DNA from: an uncultured Collinsella sp.
Lineage (GTDB): Bacteria; Actinomycetota; Coriobacteriia; Coriobacteriales; Coriobacteriaceae
NCBI GenBank assembly: GCA_958435945.1
Contig: CAUBIC010000010.1
Span: 1,967-65,966 of the forward strand
Reading direction: 5' to 3'
Length of the DNA: 64,000 bases
Of the stretch, positions 27,882 through 37,948 are shown one piece after another. A model generated the notes under the pieces. That model ran no database searches. It saw nothing but the letters and a program-made list of their open reading frames with translations, and was not told where the DNA came from. A program made the translations under genes and the position numbers. Each line of letters begins with the position of its first letter. Position 1 is the first letter of the stretch.

Positions 27882-28678
27882 AGCATCACGCCGATCGCAG
27901 CATGGCGCCCACAGGTGCCGCCCTCGTTGCGGTAGGAATAAAAGCGGTCGTTCTGACGAACGGTGGAAAGCTTGGTGTCCACAATGCTGCTCGCCTCGAC
28001 GCCGGCGTCCATCAGCGCCTCGCGAATGGCGGCGGAAAGATCGAGCATACGAGAAGCAGAGGCATCGATGCACGCGAACTCGGCGGCAAAGCGATCCATA
28101 AGTTCTTGGGACACCTCGTACTCGTCGCCCAGGATATGGGGCCCAATGTAGGCAGAGATGTCGTCCGGCTTGCAGCCAGCCGCCTCGCAGAGCGCTTGGC
28201 ACGCCTTGGCGGAAATGCGCGCAATCGTGCCCTTCCAGCCAGAGTGCACCACGGCAAAGCCGCCGGGAGCCACCAGCACCACGGGAACGCAATCGGCAAA
28301 GCAGAGCATCACGGGTACCTCACGGGCCATGCAGACGATGGCATCGCAGCCCTCGGCAATCTGCTCGCGAATGTTCTCGAGATCATCAGCACCGTTCGAG
28401 GTCACCGTCACGACATGGTCACCGTGTACTTGATTGGGAACAAGCAGGTTGTGCTCGCACTCGGCGGCACCCAAGGCCTCGAGTGCGCGGCGACGATTTT
28501 CTTGAACGGCAAAGGGGTCATCGCCAACATGCGAGCCCAGATTGAGTGAGGAGTACGCATCTTCGGAAACACCGCCGGCGCGTTCGGTAAAAGCAAAGCG
28601 AACATCGTGCGTCGCGCCCTCTACCAACGTAACTCCATCATGGTCGACACGCGAAACGCTGTCCGCACGTGCTGCCAT
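27878..28678 (-). CDS. pgeF: peptidoglycan editing factor PgeF / YfiH (DUF152 laccase-domain) protein
   Basis: Track ORF trimmed to MAARADS, with the ATG at 28676-28678 after AGGAGG. Motifs NQVHG, ADCVPV and GWKG. The stop overlaps the pstS ATG (ATGA). Confidence 0.85.
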   Translation of the reverse strand: MAARADSVSRVDHDGVTLVEGATHDVRFAFTERAGGVSEDAYSSLNLGSHVGDDPFAVQENRRRALEALGAAECEHNLLVPNQVHGDHVVTVTSNGADDLENIREQIAEGCDAIVCMAREVPVMLCFADCVPVVLVAPGGFAVVHSGWKGTIARISAKACQALCEAAGCKPDDISAYIGPHILGDEYEVSQELMDRFAAEFACIDASASRMLDLSAAIREALMDAGVEASSIVDTKLSTVRQNDRFYSYRNEGGTCGRHAAIGVML

Positions 28679-28755
28679 ACTAAAGCCTCCTAATAACACA
28701 AGTATCGCGGCGACGCCGCAGCAGTCCGTGCCACACGGCTGCCATACTTCATCAA

Positions 28756-28800
28756 AAGGATACCCGCAGCGGTAGGGGCTAAACGTAAGGGGAACGTAAG
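28756..28800 (-). promoter_or_regulatory. putative Pho-box-type promoter of pgeF-pst
   Basis: The minus strand reads CCTTACGTTCC CCTTACGTTTA, a direct repeat with 11-bp period (TTACGT-N5-TTACGT). After 20 nt comes TATCCT as a candidate -10. Confidence 0.35.
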
Positions 28801-28825
28801 GAGATTGGAGGCTTTCGTTTACAAA

Positions 28826-28868
28826 GGCAAAACACAACAAAAAGGGTGCGCCCAATCGGACGCACCCC
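28826..28868 (-). terminator. rho-independent terminator of ftsZ
   Basis: GGGTGCG...CGCACCC stem followed by TTTTTGTTGTGTTTTG on the minus strand. Confidence 0.75.
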
Positions 28869-28892
28869 ATACAGGTCGCTGAGAAAAACGAA

Positions 28893-30047
28893 CTAGAAGC
28901 TGCCGCGCTTGAGGAAGTCAGGAAGCTCAAACTGGTCGTTGCCAAAGTTGGGGAGCTCGGTACCACCGACGTTGCGAGTCGGGGCAGCCTGAGCCGGGCT
29001 CGTGGCAGGAGCGGTGCGCTGCGGCTCGGTAGAAGCAGCGGCCTTGCTCTGGGACTGCTGTGCAGCGAAGAGCTCGTCCTGACGGTTGACGTTGGAGTCG
29101 GAGAAGCCCGTAGCGATGACGGTAATACGCACCTGATCGCCCAGGGACTCGTCGACAACGGTACCGAAGATGATGTTGGCCTCGGGGTCGACGGCGTTGG
29201 CGACAACGTCGGCGGCGTCGCTGATCTCCTGAATGCCCAGGTCCTTGGAACCGGCAATGGAAAGCAGGACGCGCGTAGCGCCATCGATGGAGCTCTCGAG
29301 CAGCGGGCTGGAAATAGCCTGCTGGGCAGCGTCGACGGCACGGGTGTCCCCAGAAGCGGTACCGATACCCATCATGGCGGTACCGGCCTGCTTCATGATG
29401 GTCTTAACATCGGCGAAGTCCAGGTTGATGATACCGGGGACGGTGATGAGGTCGGTGATGCCCTGGGTGCCCTGGGAAAGGACGCCATCGGCGATTGCGA
29501 AGGCCTCAAGCATGGTGGTCTTCTTCTCGGCGATGTCGAGCAGCTTGTCGTTAGGGATAACGATCATGGTGTCGACGCAGTCGGAAAGCGTCTTAATGCC
29601 TTCTTCGGCGCTCTTCTTGCGCTTGCGGCCCTCAAACGTAAAGGGCTTGGTCACGACGGCGACGGTCAGCGCGCCGACCTCGTTCATCGCGATATCGGCA
29701 ACGATGGGGGCAGCGCCGGTACCGGTGCCGCCGCCCTCGCCGCAGGTGATGAACACCATATCGGCGCCAGCGAGCGCCTCGGCGATGTCGTCGCGGGACT
29801 CATCGGCGGCCTTACGGCCGACCTCGGGGTTGGCGCCAGCGCCCAGGCCGCGGGTCAGGTCGGTGCCGATGTGCACCTTGATATCGGCATCAGAGATCGC
29901 GAGTGCCTGAGCATCGGTGTTGATGGCAACAAACTCGACGCCGCGGATACCCTCTTCGATCATTCGATTGACCGCGTTGGTACCGCCGCCGCCGACGCCG
30001 ACCACCTTAATGACGGCAAGGTAGTTGTTGATCTCTGTCTCGTGCAT
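28893..30047 (-). CDS. ftsZ: cell division protein FtsZ
   Basis: [10 protein letters not shown] and NTDAQAL tubulin-like motifs, with the C-terminal peptide DFLKRGSF. Start at the ATG at 30045-30047 after GGAGGA. Confidence 0.95.
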   Translation of the reverse strand: MHETEINNYLAVIKVVGVGGGGTNAVNRMIEEGIRGVEFVAINTDAQALAISDADIKVHIGTDLTRGLGAGANPEVGRKAADESRDDIAEALAGADMVFITCGEGGGTGTGAAPIVADIAMNEVGALTVAVVTKPFTFEGRKRKKSAEEGIKTLSDCVDTMIVIPNDKLLDIAEKKTTMLEAFAIADGVLSQGTQGITDLITVPGIINLDFADVKTIMKQAGTAMMGIGTASGDTRAVDAAQQAISSPLLESSIDGATRVLLSIAGSKDLGIQEISDAADVVANAVDPEANIIFGTVVDESLGDQVRITVIATGFSDSNVNRQDELFAAQQSQSKAAASTEPQRTAPATSPAQAAPTRNVGGTELPNFGNDQFELPDFLKRGSF

Positions 30048-30245
30048 GTCGGTCCTCCGAACAAAGGTTATTGCCATAGCATGGGTTGACCCCTGCGCAC
30101 ATTAACCTTCAAGTTGAAAGTAAATGCAAAGGTAAACCGTATTATGTTTGCACATTATGAACGTATCAGTCAAATAATTGACGGTGAAAACCAAACAAAC
30201 CAGATAAACGGCGCGGTATGCCCCGTCAACAAAGGCCAGAAGACG

Positions 30246-31514
30246 CTACGAGGTCGGTGCGTTCCTAAACGTATAGTTGCCAGGAGATCGAACGTTGATA
30301 TACGTCACGCCCTCCACCTGCGAAAGCAGCTTGGTAACGATACGCTCCTTTTTGGCAATGTCATCCGAATCTCCGAGCGACACCTCGATACCGTTATCGA
30401 GATTCGCCGAGATGGCCTCGACCGAGGGCGTGGAAATATCCTTGACCTGGCCCAGGAACTCGCTCGAGAATCCGCGGACGTAATCCAGGCCGGCCTTGAC
30501 CGCCTTGGAATTTACCGCTTGCCCCGAAACCGGCGCGACATCGGCCGAGACATCGGTCAGCAGCACGGCTCCGTAATGTTTGGCGAGCGCCAGGGCGGCA
30601 TCGATGCCGTTTAGGGTGTTGGCACCCTCCCCCGTTGTGATGACATTGCCCTGGTCGTCAACATCGACCGAGGTAGACAGCGGTGCAATCCATGTGTCAT
30701 CGTCCCCGATCGCCCATGCAAGATCGTCGGAGCTAATGTAGGCAATTGCGATAACCTTGCGTTCCGTCGGCGTGATGATGAGCGTATGGGGAAATTGACG
30801 CTGAACATCCACGCCCGAAACCCACGGATTTTGCTTGAGGCCCTCGGTGATCTGGTCGGGATTCACATTGAACAGCGACGTGTCCTCGGGCAGATCGATC
30901 AGCTGGATGGCATCGTGCTTGGTCACATGCTCGCTGCCCTGGATCTGAATATCGGTAGCGGCGAACAGGCCAGAGTTAATGACGACGACGGCAACGACTG
31001 CAAGCACTGCCAGAGCGGCAAGGATGCCGCCCGCGATTTTGCCCTTGCCCTTAACGGCAGAAGCGGCACCCGCCGCATGATTTGCCAGGGCGCCGATCGA
31101 TGACAACGGATTAGAGCCCTTTTTGCCCGATTGCGGTTTTGCGGAGGCCGACACCGACGTCAGCATACGTGGCTTAGATGCACCCAGCGCGCGACCGGGA
31201 CGCGTCACCTTTGCCCCCAACGAGGGCTTGGGCGACGCTATGGGGCGAGAAGGTATGGCGCCCATCGCCGGTTTGGGCGTCACCGAGGGACGTGCCACCG
31301 GACGAGCAACATTTTTGGCCGCGGGGCGTCCGCCAAGCTGCGAACCGACAGTCGAACGTTTGGCAGGCCGCACGGACCCAGCAGGCTTAGAAGGCATAAC
31401 GGACTTACGTTGAGGCTGAGACGGTGCGCCGGAACGCCCTCCGGCGCGGCGGAAGGTTGGTTTCGATGCTCTAGAAGCCGAGGAATTTAACTTCCGGTCT
31501 GAGCTCGATGCCAT
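30246..31514 (-). CDS. ftsQ: FtsQ/DivIB-type cell division protein (POTRA) with ~150-aa basic Pro/Ser/Ala-rich N-terminal region
   Basis: Single TM helix (GGILAALAVLAVVAVVVI), then POTRA-like and FtsQ-type domains, in the position between murB and ftsZ. The start is uncertain because 31514 overlaps murB by 44 nt. Confidence 0.8.
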   Translation of the reverse strand: MASSSDRKLNSSASRASKPTFRRAGGRSGAPSQPQRKSVMPSKPAGSVRPAKRSTVGSQLGGRPAAKNVARPVARPSVTPKPAMGAIPSRPIASPKPSLGAKVTRPGRALGASKPRMLTSVSASAKPQSGKKGSNPLSSIGALANHAAGAASAVKGKGKIAGGILAALAVLAVVAVVVINSGLFAATDIQIQGSEHVTKHDAIQLIDLPEDTSLFNVNPDQITEGLKQNPWVSGVDVQRQFPHTLIITPTERKVIAIAYISSDDLAWAIGDDDTWIAPLSTSVDVDDQGNVITTGEGANTLNGIDAALALAKHYGAVLLTDVSADVAPVSGQAVNSKAVKAGLDYVRGFSSEFLGQVKDISTPSVEAISANLDNGIEVSLGDSDDIAKKERIVTKLLSQVEGVTYINVRSPGNYTFRNAPTS

Positions 31515-32382
31515 ACGCCTCCCTCACCTTTCCGTGCACATGTCTGATAACCGCGGCCACGTCATCGGCCGAGGCGGTTCCGTTATTAACGATAAAATTA
31601 GCGTGTACGGGCGAAACTTCCGCGCCGCCAACCGAAAAACCCTTTAATCCACAATCCTCGATAAGCTTGCCCACGCTCGCATCGGGCGGGTTGCGAAATA
31701 CCGACCCGCAGGATGCACAGCCCATGGGCTGTGTGCGCTTACGCCGCGTCAGGTACCGCTCCATACGTTCACGGATATCGGCCTTGGGCGCAGGTTTGAG
31801 CTTGAGCACGCATTCCAGAATGATCTCGTTACGCGGCAGGCTGCATTCACGGTAGCCCCAAGCGATCTCCGAGCCCGCGTAATGCTTGATGCCGGAGCTC
31901 GGGTCAAACGTAACGACATCTTCGACCAGCGAGCCAATCCACTCGGTTCGCGTGCCGGCATTCATGGACACGGCGCCGCCAACGGAGCCGGGAATACCGA
32001 CCGCAAACTCAAGGCCCGAAAGGCTGCGCGACAGCGCGTCGTTGACTAGGCGAGCGAATATTACGCCCGCACCGACCGTCAGCGTACAACCGTCTTCGGC
32101 GACAACCGTACGCTGGAACTCACGCCCCAACGAAATGACGGCGCCGCGATAGCCTGCATCGGCAACAAGCAGATTAGATCCCTTGCCGATAATGACCCAC
32201 GGCACCTGCTCACGATCGAGCACCGCCACGGCGCGACGCAAGGCATGATAGCTGTGACACGTCACAAAGAGGTCCGCCTTGCCGCCGATACGATAGCTCG
32301 TATGGCGCGCGAGGCGTTCATCCTCAATTACGTCCGTATCGATCATGCCCGAAAGCGCCATGACGGCGTTAAACAGACCCAT
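31471..32382 (-). CDS. murB: UDP-N-acetylenolpyruvoylglucosamine reductase
   Basis: FAD-binding domain (GGKADL, IIGKGSNLL) and the MurB C-terminal domain. Confidence 0.95.
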   Translation of the reverse strand: MGLFNAVMALSGMIDTDVIEDERLARHTSYRIGGKADLFVTCHSYHALRRAVAVLDREQVPWVIIGKGSNLLVADAGYRGAVISLGREFQRTVVAEDGCTLTVGAGVIFARLVNDALSRSLSGLEFAVGIPGSVGGAVSMNAGTRTEWIGSLVEDVVTFDPSSGIKHYAGSEIAWGYRECSLPRNEIILECVLKLKPAPKADIRERMERYLTRRKRTQPMGCASCGSVFRNPPDASVGKLIEDCGLKGFSVGGAEVSPVHANFIVNNGTASADDVAAVIRHVHGKVREAYGIELRPEVKFLGF

Positions 32383-32387
32383 GGGGT

Positions 32388-33806
32388 TTAAGCGTCTTTC
32401 TTGGCAGTCAGATACTCGATGAACTCGGGGCCGACCGTCGTGACGTCGCCGGCGCCCATGGTAAGCAGCAAATCGCCCTCGCCCACCATTTTCTCGAGCT
32501 CCTCATTGAGCTCAAGACGGCTCGAGCAGTACACGACCTCCTTGCCGGGATGCTTGGCGCGCACGGTATCGGCAAGCATCTTGGACGTGACACCCGGGAT
32601 GGGCATCTCGCCGGCAGAGAACACGTCAATCAACAGCAGCTTGTCAGCATTGGCGAATGCGTCGGCAAAGTCATCGCACAGAGCCTGCAGGCGCGAATAG
32701 CGGTGCGGCTGGAACACGACGTCGACATGTTTGTAGCCCAGCGAAGAGGCAGCAGCGAGCGTCGCCTTGATCTCGGTGGGATGATGGCCGTAATCGTCAA
32801 CCACCGTGATGCCGTCGATATCGCCCACGTGGGTAAAGCGACGGCGGACGCCTTCAAAACTCGAAAGTGCCTTAGCGGCGGCGTCGATATCGAGGCCTAG
32901 GACATGGGCGACGGTCAAGACGGCCGTGGCGTTGAGCATGTTGTGACGACCGGGGTTGCTCTTAATCTCGACAGCGTGCTCGGTGCCGTCCTCAAAGCGA
33001 ACGATAAAGTCGCTCTGGATGCCCTTGACATCCGGATGCACGCAGACGATGTCGTTGGTCTCGGCAAAGCCATAGGAAAGCACATGACGGCCCGTCGACT
33101 TGGCAAGCTCGACCAGATGCGGGTCCTCGCCACAGACGATGACCGTGCCGTCCTCGCCCACCAGACTCATAAACTTGGCGAAGGTGGCCTCGATCTCCTC
33201 GATACCCGAGTAATGATCGAGATGGTCGGCCTCGACGTTGGTCACGATGACCACATTGGGGTTAAGGAACAGGAAGGAGCTGTCGGACTCATCCGCCTCG
33301 GCGACAAAATAGTCGCCCGAGCCGTTCTTGCCGTTGGTATCGTAGCCCTCAACAATGCCACCGATCAGGAAGCTGGGGTCCAGACCCATGCGGTCGAGCA
33401 TGGTGGCACACATCGAAGAGGTCGTGGTCTTGCCGTGAGTACCGGCGACGGCGACGGTGGTGTAGCCGTGGCCCAGAGCCGAGAGCATCTTGGCGCGAGG
33501 CCACACGGGAATACCCAGCTCGCGCGCACGGACGAGCTCGGGGTTGGACTCGGGAATAGCGGTAGAGACCACGACGACGTCGGGCTTGACCTCGTCGATG
33601 GTGGCGGCCTCATGGCCCACATGCACCTTCACGCCGGCGCGGGTAAGCTGGCGAATATAGCGCGACGTCTTAAGGTCGGAGCCGGTAACGACATAGCCGC
33701 GTTCGTGAAGGACGAGGGCGATGCCGCTCATGCCGGCGCCACCGATACCGATAAAATGGGCGCTCTTGAAATCGGGCGCGGAGGTTGCAGTCTGGGAATC
33801 AGCCAT
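32388..33806 (-). CDS. murC: UDP-N-acetylmuramate--L-alanine ligase
   Basis: HFIGIGGAGMSGIA and GTHGKTTT Mur ligase motifs. Start at the ATG at 33804-33806. Confidence 0.95.
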   Translation of the reverse strand: MADSQTATSAPDFKSAHFIGIGGAGMSGIALVLHERGYVVTGSDLKTSRYIRQLTRAGVKVHVGHEAATIDEVKPDVVVVSTAIPESNPELVRARELGIPVWPRAKMLSALGHGYTTVAVAGTHGKTTTSSMCATMLDRMGLDPSFLIGGIVEGYDTNGKNGSGDYFVAEADESDSSFLFLNPNVVIVTNVEADHLDHYSGIEEIEATFAKFMSLVGEDGTVIVCGEDPHLVELAKSTGRHVLSYGFAETNDIVCVHPDVKGIQSDFIVRFEDGTEHAVEIKSNPGRHNMLNATAVLTVAHVLGLDIDAAAKALSSFEGVRRRFTHVGDIDGITVVDDYGHHPTEIKATLAAASSLGYKHVDVVFQPHRYSRLQALCDDFADAFANADKLLLIDVFSAGEMPIPGVTSKMLADTVRAKHPGKEVVYCSSRLELNEELEKMVGEGDLLLTMGAGDVTTVGPEFIEYLTAKKDA

Positions 33807-33903
33807 GTGCTCGTGTACTCCTTGCGTAAACACTGCCTGTAACCCGTCTACTGTACCGCACCTACCGCATCCGCGCGAGGGCGACCCGCGATATCCCGTC
33901 TAA

Positions 33904-35019
33904 CTAACGCAATCCTTCTACCGCGTCTGCCAAAAGGACGGCAGCGCGGTCCTGGGCCAAACCGCGAGCCGCCTGACGCATGGCATCGCGCGCCTGCGCA
34001 TCATCGATAAGATGCAGCAGCTCATCGGCAAACGCCCGGGTGTCGATATCGGCATCGGCGCAGAGCACGCCAGCACCGGCATCGACCAGATAGCGGGCAT
34101 TGGTGGTCTGATGATCGGCCGTCGCATGCGGATACGGCACCAGTACCGAAGGTGTGGCAAGGGCCGCGATCTCGGCAACGCTCGAAGCGCCCGAGCGCGA
34201 GAGGACCAAATCGGCCGCGGCCAGCATATCGCCCATATTGTCGATGTAGGGCTGGACGCGATACCGCTTCGCCTCCTCGGGCATCAGGGCAAGAGCACGC
34301 TCGGTGTCCTCGAAGCCATCGGCGCCCGTCGAATGCAAAACATAGAGATTATCGCGCGAGAGCAACTCGTTTTTAAGCGAAGCCACGCGCTCATTAAGAT
34401 GTTGAGCACCAAGTGAGCCGCCAAAAACCAGCAGGAGTGTGGCGTCCTCAGGCACGTCGAGAGCCCTGCGACCGCGAACCCGATCCCCCTCGATCACAGA
34501 ACGGCGCACGGGGTTGCCGGTCATGAGCACATGGTCAGGATCGCCCTCACGCTCAAACACGGAACGTGCTGCCGGCACCGAGATGCAAACGCGGGCGGCA
34601 TGCGAACTCATCATCTTGTTAGCAAGGCCCGGAACGGAGTTCTGTTCATGCAGCAGATACGGAATGCCCGCGTCTTTGCACCAGCCCAGAAGCGGGACCT
34701 CGACATAGGCGCCAAAACCTATAGCGACATCGGGCTTGCAGGCTTTAGAAAAATGGCTGCCGAGCGCGCGCTTCGCCTTATAGACACGCCACAGCGAGCT
34801 CAATGCCGTCCAAGGGCGAGAGCGGTCGAAGCCCGTAACCGTAATCGGCACAAAATCGAACCCTGCCTCGGGAACCAGACGACCCTCGAGCTTATGCGAC
34901 TGACCCACAAACACAACGTGGTGGCCACGGTCACGTAGCTCCTCGGCCAAGGCAAGTGCGGGGTTGATATGTCCCGCCGTGCCGCCGGCTGCGATAGCAA
35001 CGGTCATCTTATCGGTCAT
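33904..35019 (-). CDS. murG: undecaprenyldiphospho-muramoylpentapeptide beta-N-acetylglucosaminyltransferase
   Basis: AGGTAGHINPALA N-terminal motif. Overlaps the ftsW stop by 11 nt. Confidence 0.95.
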   Translation of the reverse strand: MTDKMTVAIAAGGTAGHINPALALAEELRDRGHHVVFVGQSHKLEGRLVPEAGFDFVPITVTGFDRSRPWTALSSLWRVYKAKRALGSHFSKACKPDVAIGFGAYVEVPLLGWCKDAGIPYLLHEQNSVPGLANKMMSSHAARVCISVPAARSVFEREGDPDHVLMTGNPVRRSVIEGDRVRGRRALDVPEDATLLLVFGGSLGAQHLNERVASLKNELLSRDNLYVLHSTGADGFEDTERALALMPEEAKRYRVQPYIDNMGDMLAAADLVLSRSGASSVAEIAALATPSVLVPYPHATADHQTTNARYLVDAGAGVLCADADIDTRAFADELLHLIDDAQARDAMRQAARGLAQDRAAVLLADAVEGLR

Positions 35020-36529
35020 GGTAGTCCCTTCGTACGCGCGGCCCCTGGTCGTCGGTGCGCAAGCGCGCCGACGGGTCCGAATTCAAGTCGATCCGATTAT
35101 ATCCGCCACCCGTATTGCGCGGCGTCGGTCGTTGCGGGCGACTCTGCGGCACCGAGCGCGGACGAGCATCCGACTCCGAAGCAAAACCGTTCAAGACGGT
35201 AAAACCGCCACGCGACGAGCGCTCCCCACGCGTATGGGGAACACCGGCAGTGCTCTCGTCCATAACGGCAAAGCTATCGCGACGACGATCGTATTCATCG
35301 CGTCGAGCGCTCTCGTGCGACACGCGCAAAATAAGCCCGGCGAGCATGAGCGACACGATAATCGACGAGCCGCCATAGCTGATAAACGGCAGCGGCTTAC
35401 CCGTCATAGGAAACACGTTGAGAATACCCAGCGCGTTGATCAAAAACTGCACCGCGAGGATAACCGCAGAGCCCGAAGCCATGAGCGCCCCGCGACGATC
35501 GGCGGCCTGCTCGGCAATTCGAAACGCCGAGTAGATCAGCATCGCAAACACCAAGAAAAACAGCAGCGTCCCCAAAAAGCCAACCTCCTCGCCAATGATG
35601 GCCAGGATGTAGTCGTTGTGAGCCTCGGGCAAATACGAGTACTTCATGGTTGAGTTGCCGATACCGCGGCCGAACAGTCCGCCCGAAGCAAACGCCATAA
35701 TGGCGAGCGTTGCCTGATACCCGTCTCCATATTCATCTGCCCAAGGGTTCAAGAGAACCTGAATGCGCACCATACGGTACGGCTCGACGACAAGAGCGAT
35801 CACGATGATGACGGCGCCAGCAAGAATCGCACCGATAATGTATTTTGGGTCAAGGCCGGCAAAGAGCGCCATGCACATGATCGTCAACAGAATAATCAGG
35901 ATGGTGCCAAAGTCGGGCTGAATAAAAATCAAGACGAGCGATATGCCCAAATATAAGCCCATGCCCTTAAGGAACTCATTGATGTTACCGCCGGGCGAAA
36001 ACACGCGATCGAGCATGATGGCAGAATAGGCAATGGCAAACGGCTTGAGAAACTCCGATGGCTGAAACTGAATGCCGGCAATGCTCAGCCAACGCGTAGC
36101 GCCACGGCTGCCGCTACCAAAGAGGAACACCGCAAGCAGCAAGATCATCATAGCGATAAGGGCAAGTTTAAGCGCCCCTTCGCCAAACCAGCTATCGGGT
36201 GCAACGCGCGCGATGAACTCGAGGGCAGCAACACCGACGACAGTGAACATAAACTGCCGGAACAAAAAGTAGGTCGCGGAGTCGTTCTCGTGAAGCGCCT
36301 CGACTGAAGAAGCCGAGTACACCATAAGCAGGCCAAAACAGACCAGCGAGAACAGGCAGGTCAAAAAGACCAGGCGGGGTCGCATGATACGTGCGGGGAC
36401 GCCGGCGATATAACGTTCGCCGATGCCCTGCGTGCGACGACCGGCGCGCGGCGTGATGCACTGCGAGGAAGCACGGTCCGAGTCGGGCCTCCTCATATTC
36501 TGTCGGGGGCTCTCCTCTCTCACCGGCAA
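35009..36529 (-). CDS. ftsW: FtsW/RodA (SEDS) family peptidoglycan glycosyltransferase with ~110-aa disordered C-terminal tail
   Basis: Multi-TM SEDS protein (PEAHNDYI, PFISYGGSS motifs). The start is ambiguous: TTG at 36529 or ATG at 36496. Confidence 0.9.
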   Translation of the reverse strand: MPVREESPRQNMRRPDSDRASSQCITPRAGRRTQGIGERYIAGVPARIMRPRLVFLTCLFSLVCFGLLMVYSASSVEALHENDSATYFLFRQFMFTVVGVAALEFIARVAPDSWFGEGALKLALIAMMILLLAVFLFGSGSRGATRWLSIAGIQFQPSEFLKPFAIAYSAIMLDRVFSPGGNINEFLKGMGLYLGISLVLIFIQPDFGTILIILLTIMCMALFAGLDPKYIIGAILAGAVIIVIALVVEPYRMVRIQVLLNPWADEYGDGYQATLAIMAFASGGLFGRGIGNSTMKYSYLPEAHNDYILAIIGEEVGFLGTLLFFLVFAMLIYSAFRIAEQAADRRGALMASGSAVILAVQFLINALGILNVFPMTGKPLPFISYGGSSIIVSLMLAGLILRVSHESARRDEYDRRRDSFAVMDESTAGVPHTRGERSSRGGFTVLNGFASESDARPRSVPQSRPQRPTPRNTGGGYNRIDLNSDPSARLRTDDQGPRVRRDYHDR

Positions 36530-36532
36530 CCC

Positions 36533-37939
36533 CTATTCCATTTGCGTATTGGACGCAGCGGCAAGCTGGGCCACATAGTCCTTAAACACGCGACCGCGCT
36601 CCTCGTAGCCCGAGAACTCATCGAACGAAGAGCAGGCGGGCGACAGTAAGATCACATCGCCGCGGCTCGAGAGCGAACGGGCAACGTCCACGGCATCGCG
36701 CAGGTCGTCGGCCTGGGCGATATCGACATCACCGTCGACATCCGCCTCGTCCATAGCGGCGGTAAAGCGCTCGCGCGCGTCGCCAAAGCAGACCACCGAG
36801 CGAACGTTATCCATCACAACGCGGGCAAAGGACTCGAGCGGCGTGCCCTTATCGTGACCGCCGAGCAGCAAGATCACATCGTCATCGGGAAACGCCGTCA
36901 GGGCCTTTTCGACCGCATCGGTGTTCGTTGCCTTGGAATCGTTAACATAGCGCACGCCATCGATCTCGCCACAGGGCTCAACGCGGTGCTCCAGCGGCTG
37001 GAACGAGACCAGGCCGCGACACACACCTTCAACATCGGCGCCGACCGTCAGGGCCGCCGTGGCAGCACACAGGGCATTGATTACATTGTGATGGCCCGAA
37101 ATCTTAAGCTCGGACGTATCGACGAGCGGGGTCTCGACGCCCTTCAGGCGAACGACCATCTTGCCATCGCGCACAAATGCGGCGTCCTCGCCCGCAGGCT
37201 CGTCAAAAGCAACCTTGCAGATGCGACGGCCCGGAACATAGATGTACTCATCGAACTCGTGGATACCGGCATCCTCGACGTCAACAATCACCAGGTCATC
37301 GTCGACCATATTCTCGAAGAGCTTAATCTTGGCGAGCGCATAGTTCTTATGGCTCTTATGCCAGCCCAGATGGTCGGGGGTAATGTTGAGCAGCACCGCC
37401 ACACGGGGGTGAAGCTCCTGGGTCGTTGCGATCTGATAGCTCGAAAGCTCCGCCACAAACCACTCGTTATGCGCACGGCCATCGATCTCGTTCACCGGAG
37501 GCTCACCGATATTGCCAACAGCAACGCTCGCCTCGCCCGCTGCCTTAAGCAGGTAATCGGTCAGTGACGTGGTTGTCGTCTTGCCGTTGGTGCCCGTAAT
37601 GGCAATCCAATTTTGGGGAGACAGACGGTAGGCAAACTCGGGCTCACCCATAATCTGGGCAGCGTGATCACGGCCAGCCTTAAAGAATGCCGAGAACTCC
37701 GAGATGCCCGGACACGTCACGCATACATCAAACGCGCCCTCGACCTGCTCGGTTCCGTAGACAAACGATGCCCCGTGCGCCTCGAGCGAGCGCGTGGCAT
37801 CGTTGGGCTCGGACGTGCCGCCACCGTAAACGGTTACGGCACTCACACGCTCGGGATGTGCAAGCGCCCAGCGAGCGACATCAAGACCGGACTTGCCCTG
37901 GCCCAAAACGAGCAGGCTAAAGACATCAGCAAGAGGCAT
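36533..37939 (-). CDS. murD: UDP-N-acetylmuramoylalanine--D-glutamate ligase
   Basis: GTNGKTTT P-loop, MurD N-terminal Rossmann-like domain, and position between mraY and ftsW. Confidence 0.95.
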   Translation of the reverse strand: MPLADVFSLLVLGQGKSGLDVARWALAHPERVSAVTVYGGGTSEPNDATRSLEAHGASFVYGTEQVEGAFDVCVTCPGISEFSAFFKAGRDHAAQIMGEPEFAYRLSPQNWIAITGTNGKTTTTSLTDYLLKAAGEASVAVGNIGEPPVNEIDGRAHNEWFVAELSSYQIATTQELHPRVAVLLNITPDHLGWHKSHKNYALAKIKLFENMVDDDLVIVDVEDAGIHEFDEYIYVPGRRICKVAFDEPAGEDAAFVRDGKMVVRLKGVETPLVDTSELKISGHHNVINALCAATAALTVGADVEGVCRGLVSFQPLEHRVEPCGEIDGVRYVNDSKATNTDAVEKALTAFPDDDVILLLGGHDKGTPLESFARVVMDNVRSVVCFGDARERFTAAMDEADVDGDVDIAQADDLRDAVDVARSLSSRGDVILLSPACSSFDEFSGYEERGRVFKDYVAQLAAASNTQME

Positions 37940-37948
37940 GAAAGACCA

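Noticed and set aside
30104-30117. The 14-mer AACCTTCAAGTTGA is shared between the ftsZ upstream region (30104-30117) and the mraZ upstream region (44631-44644), which suggested a common division-promoter element.
   Set aside because: A single 14-nt match in 64 kb is near chance expectation over the whole window. It does not line up with a consistent -35/-10 in both regions. I leave it as a note and make no claim.
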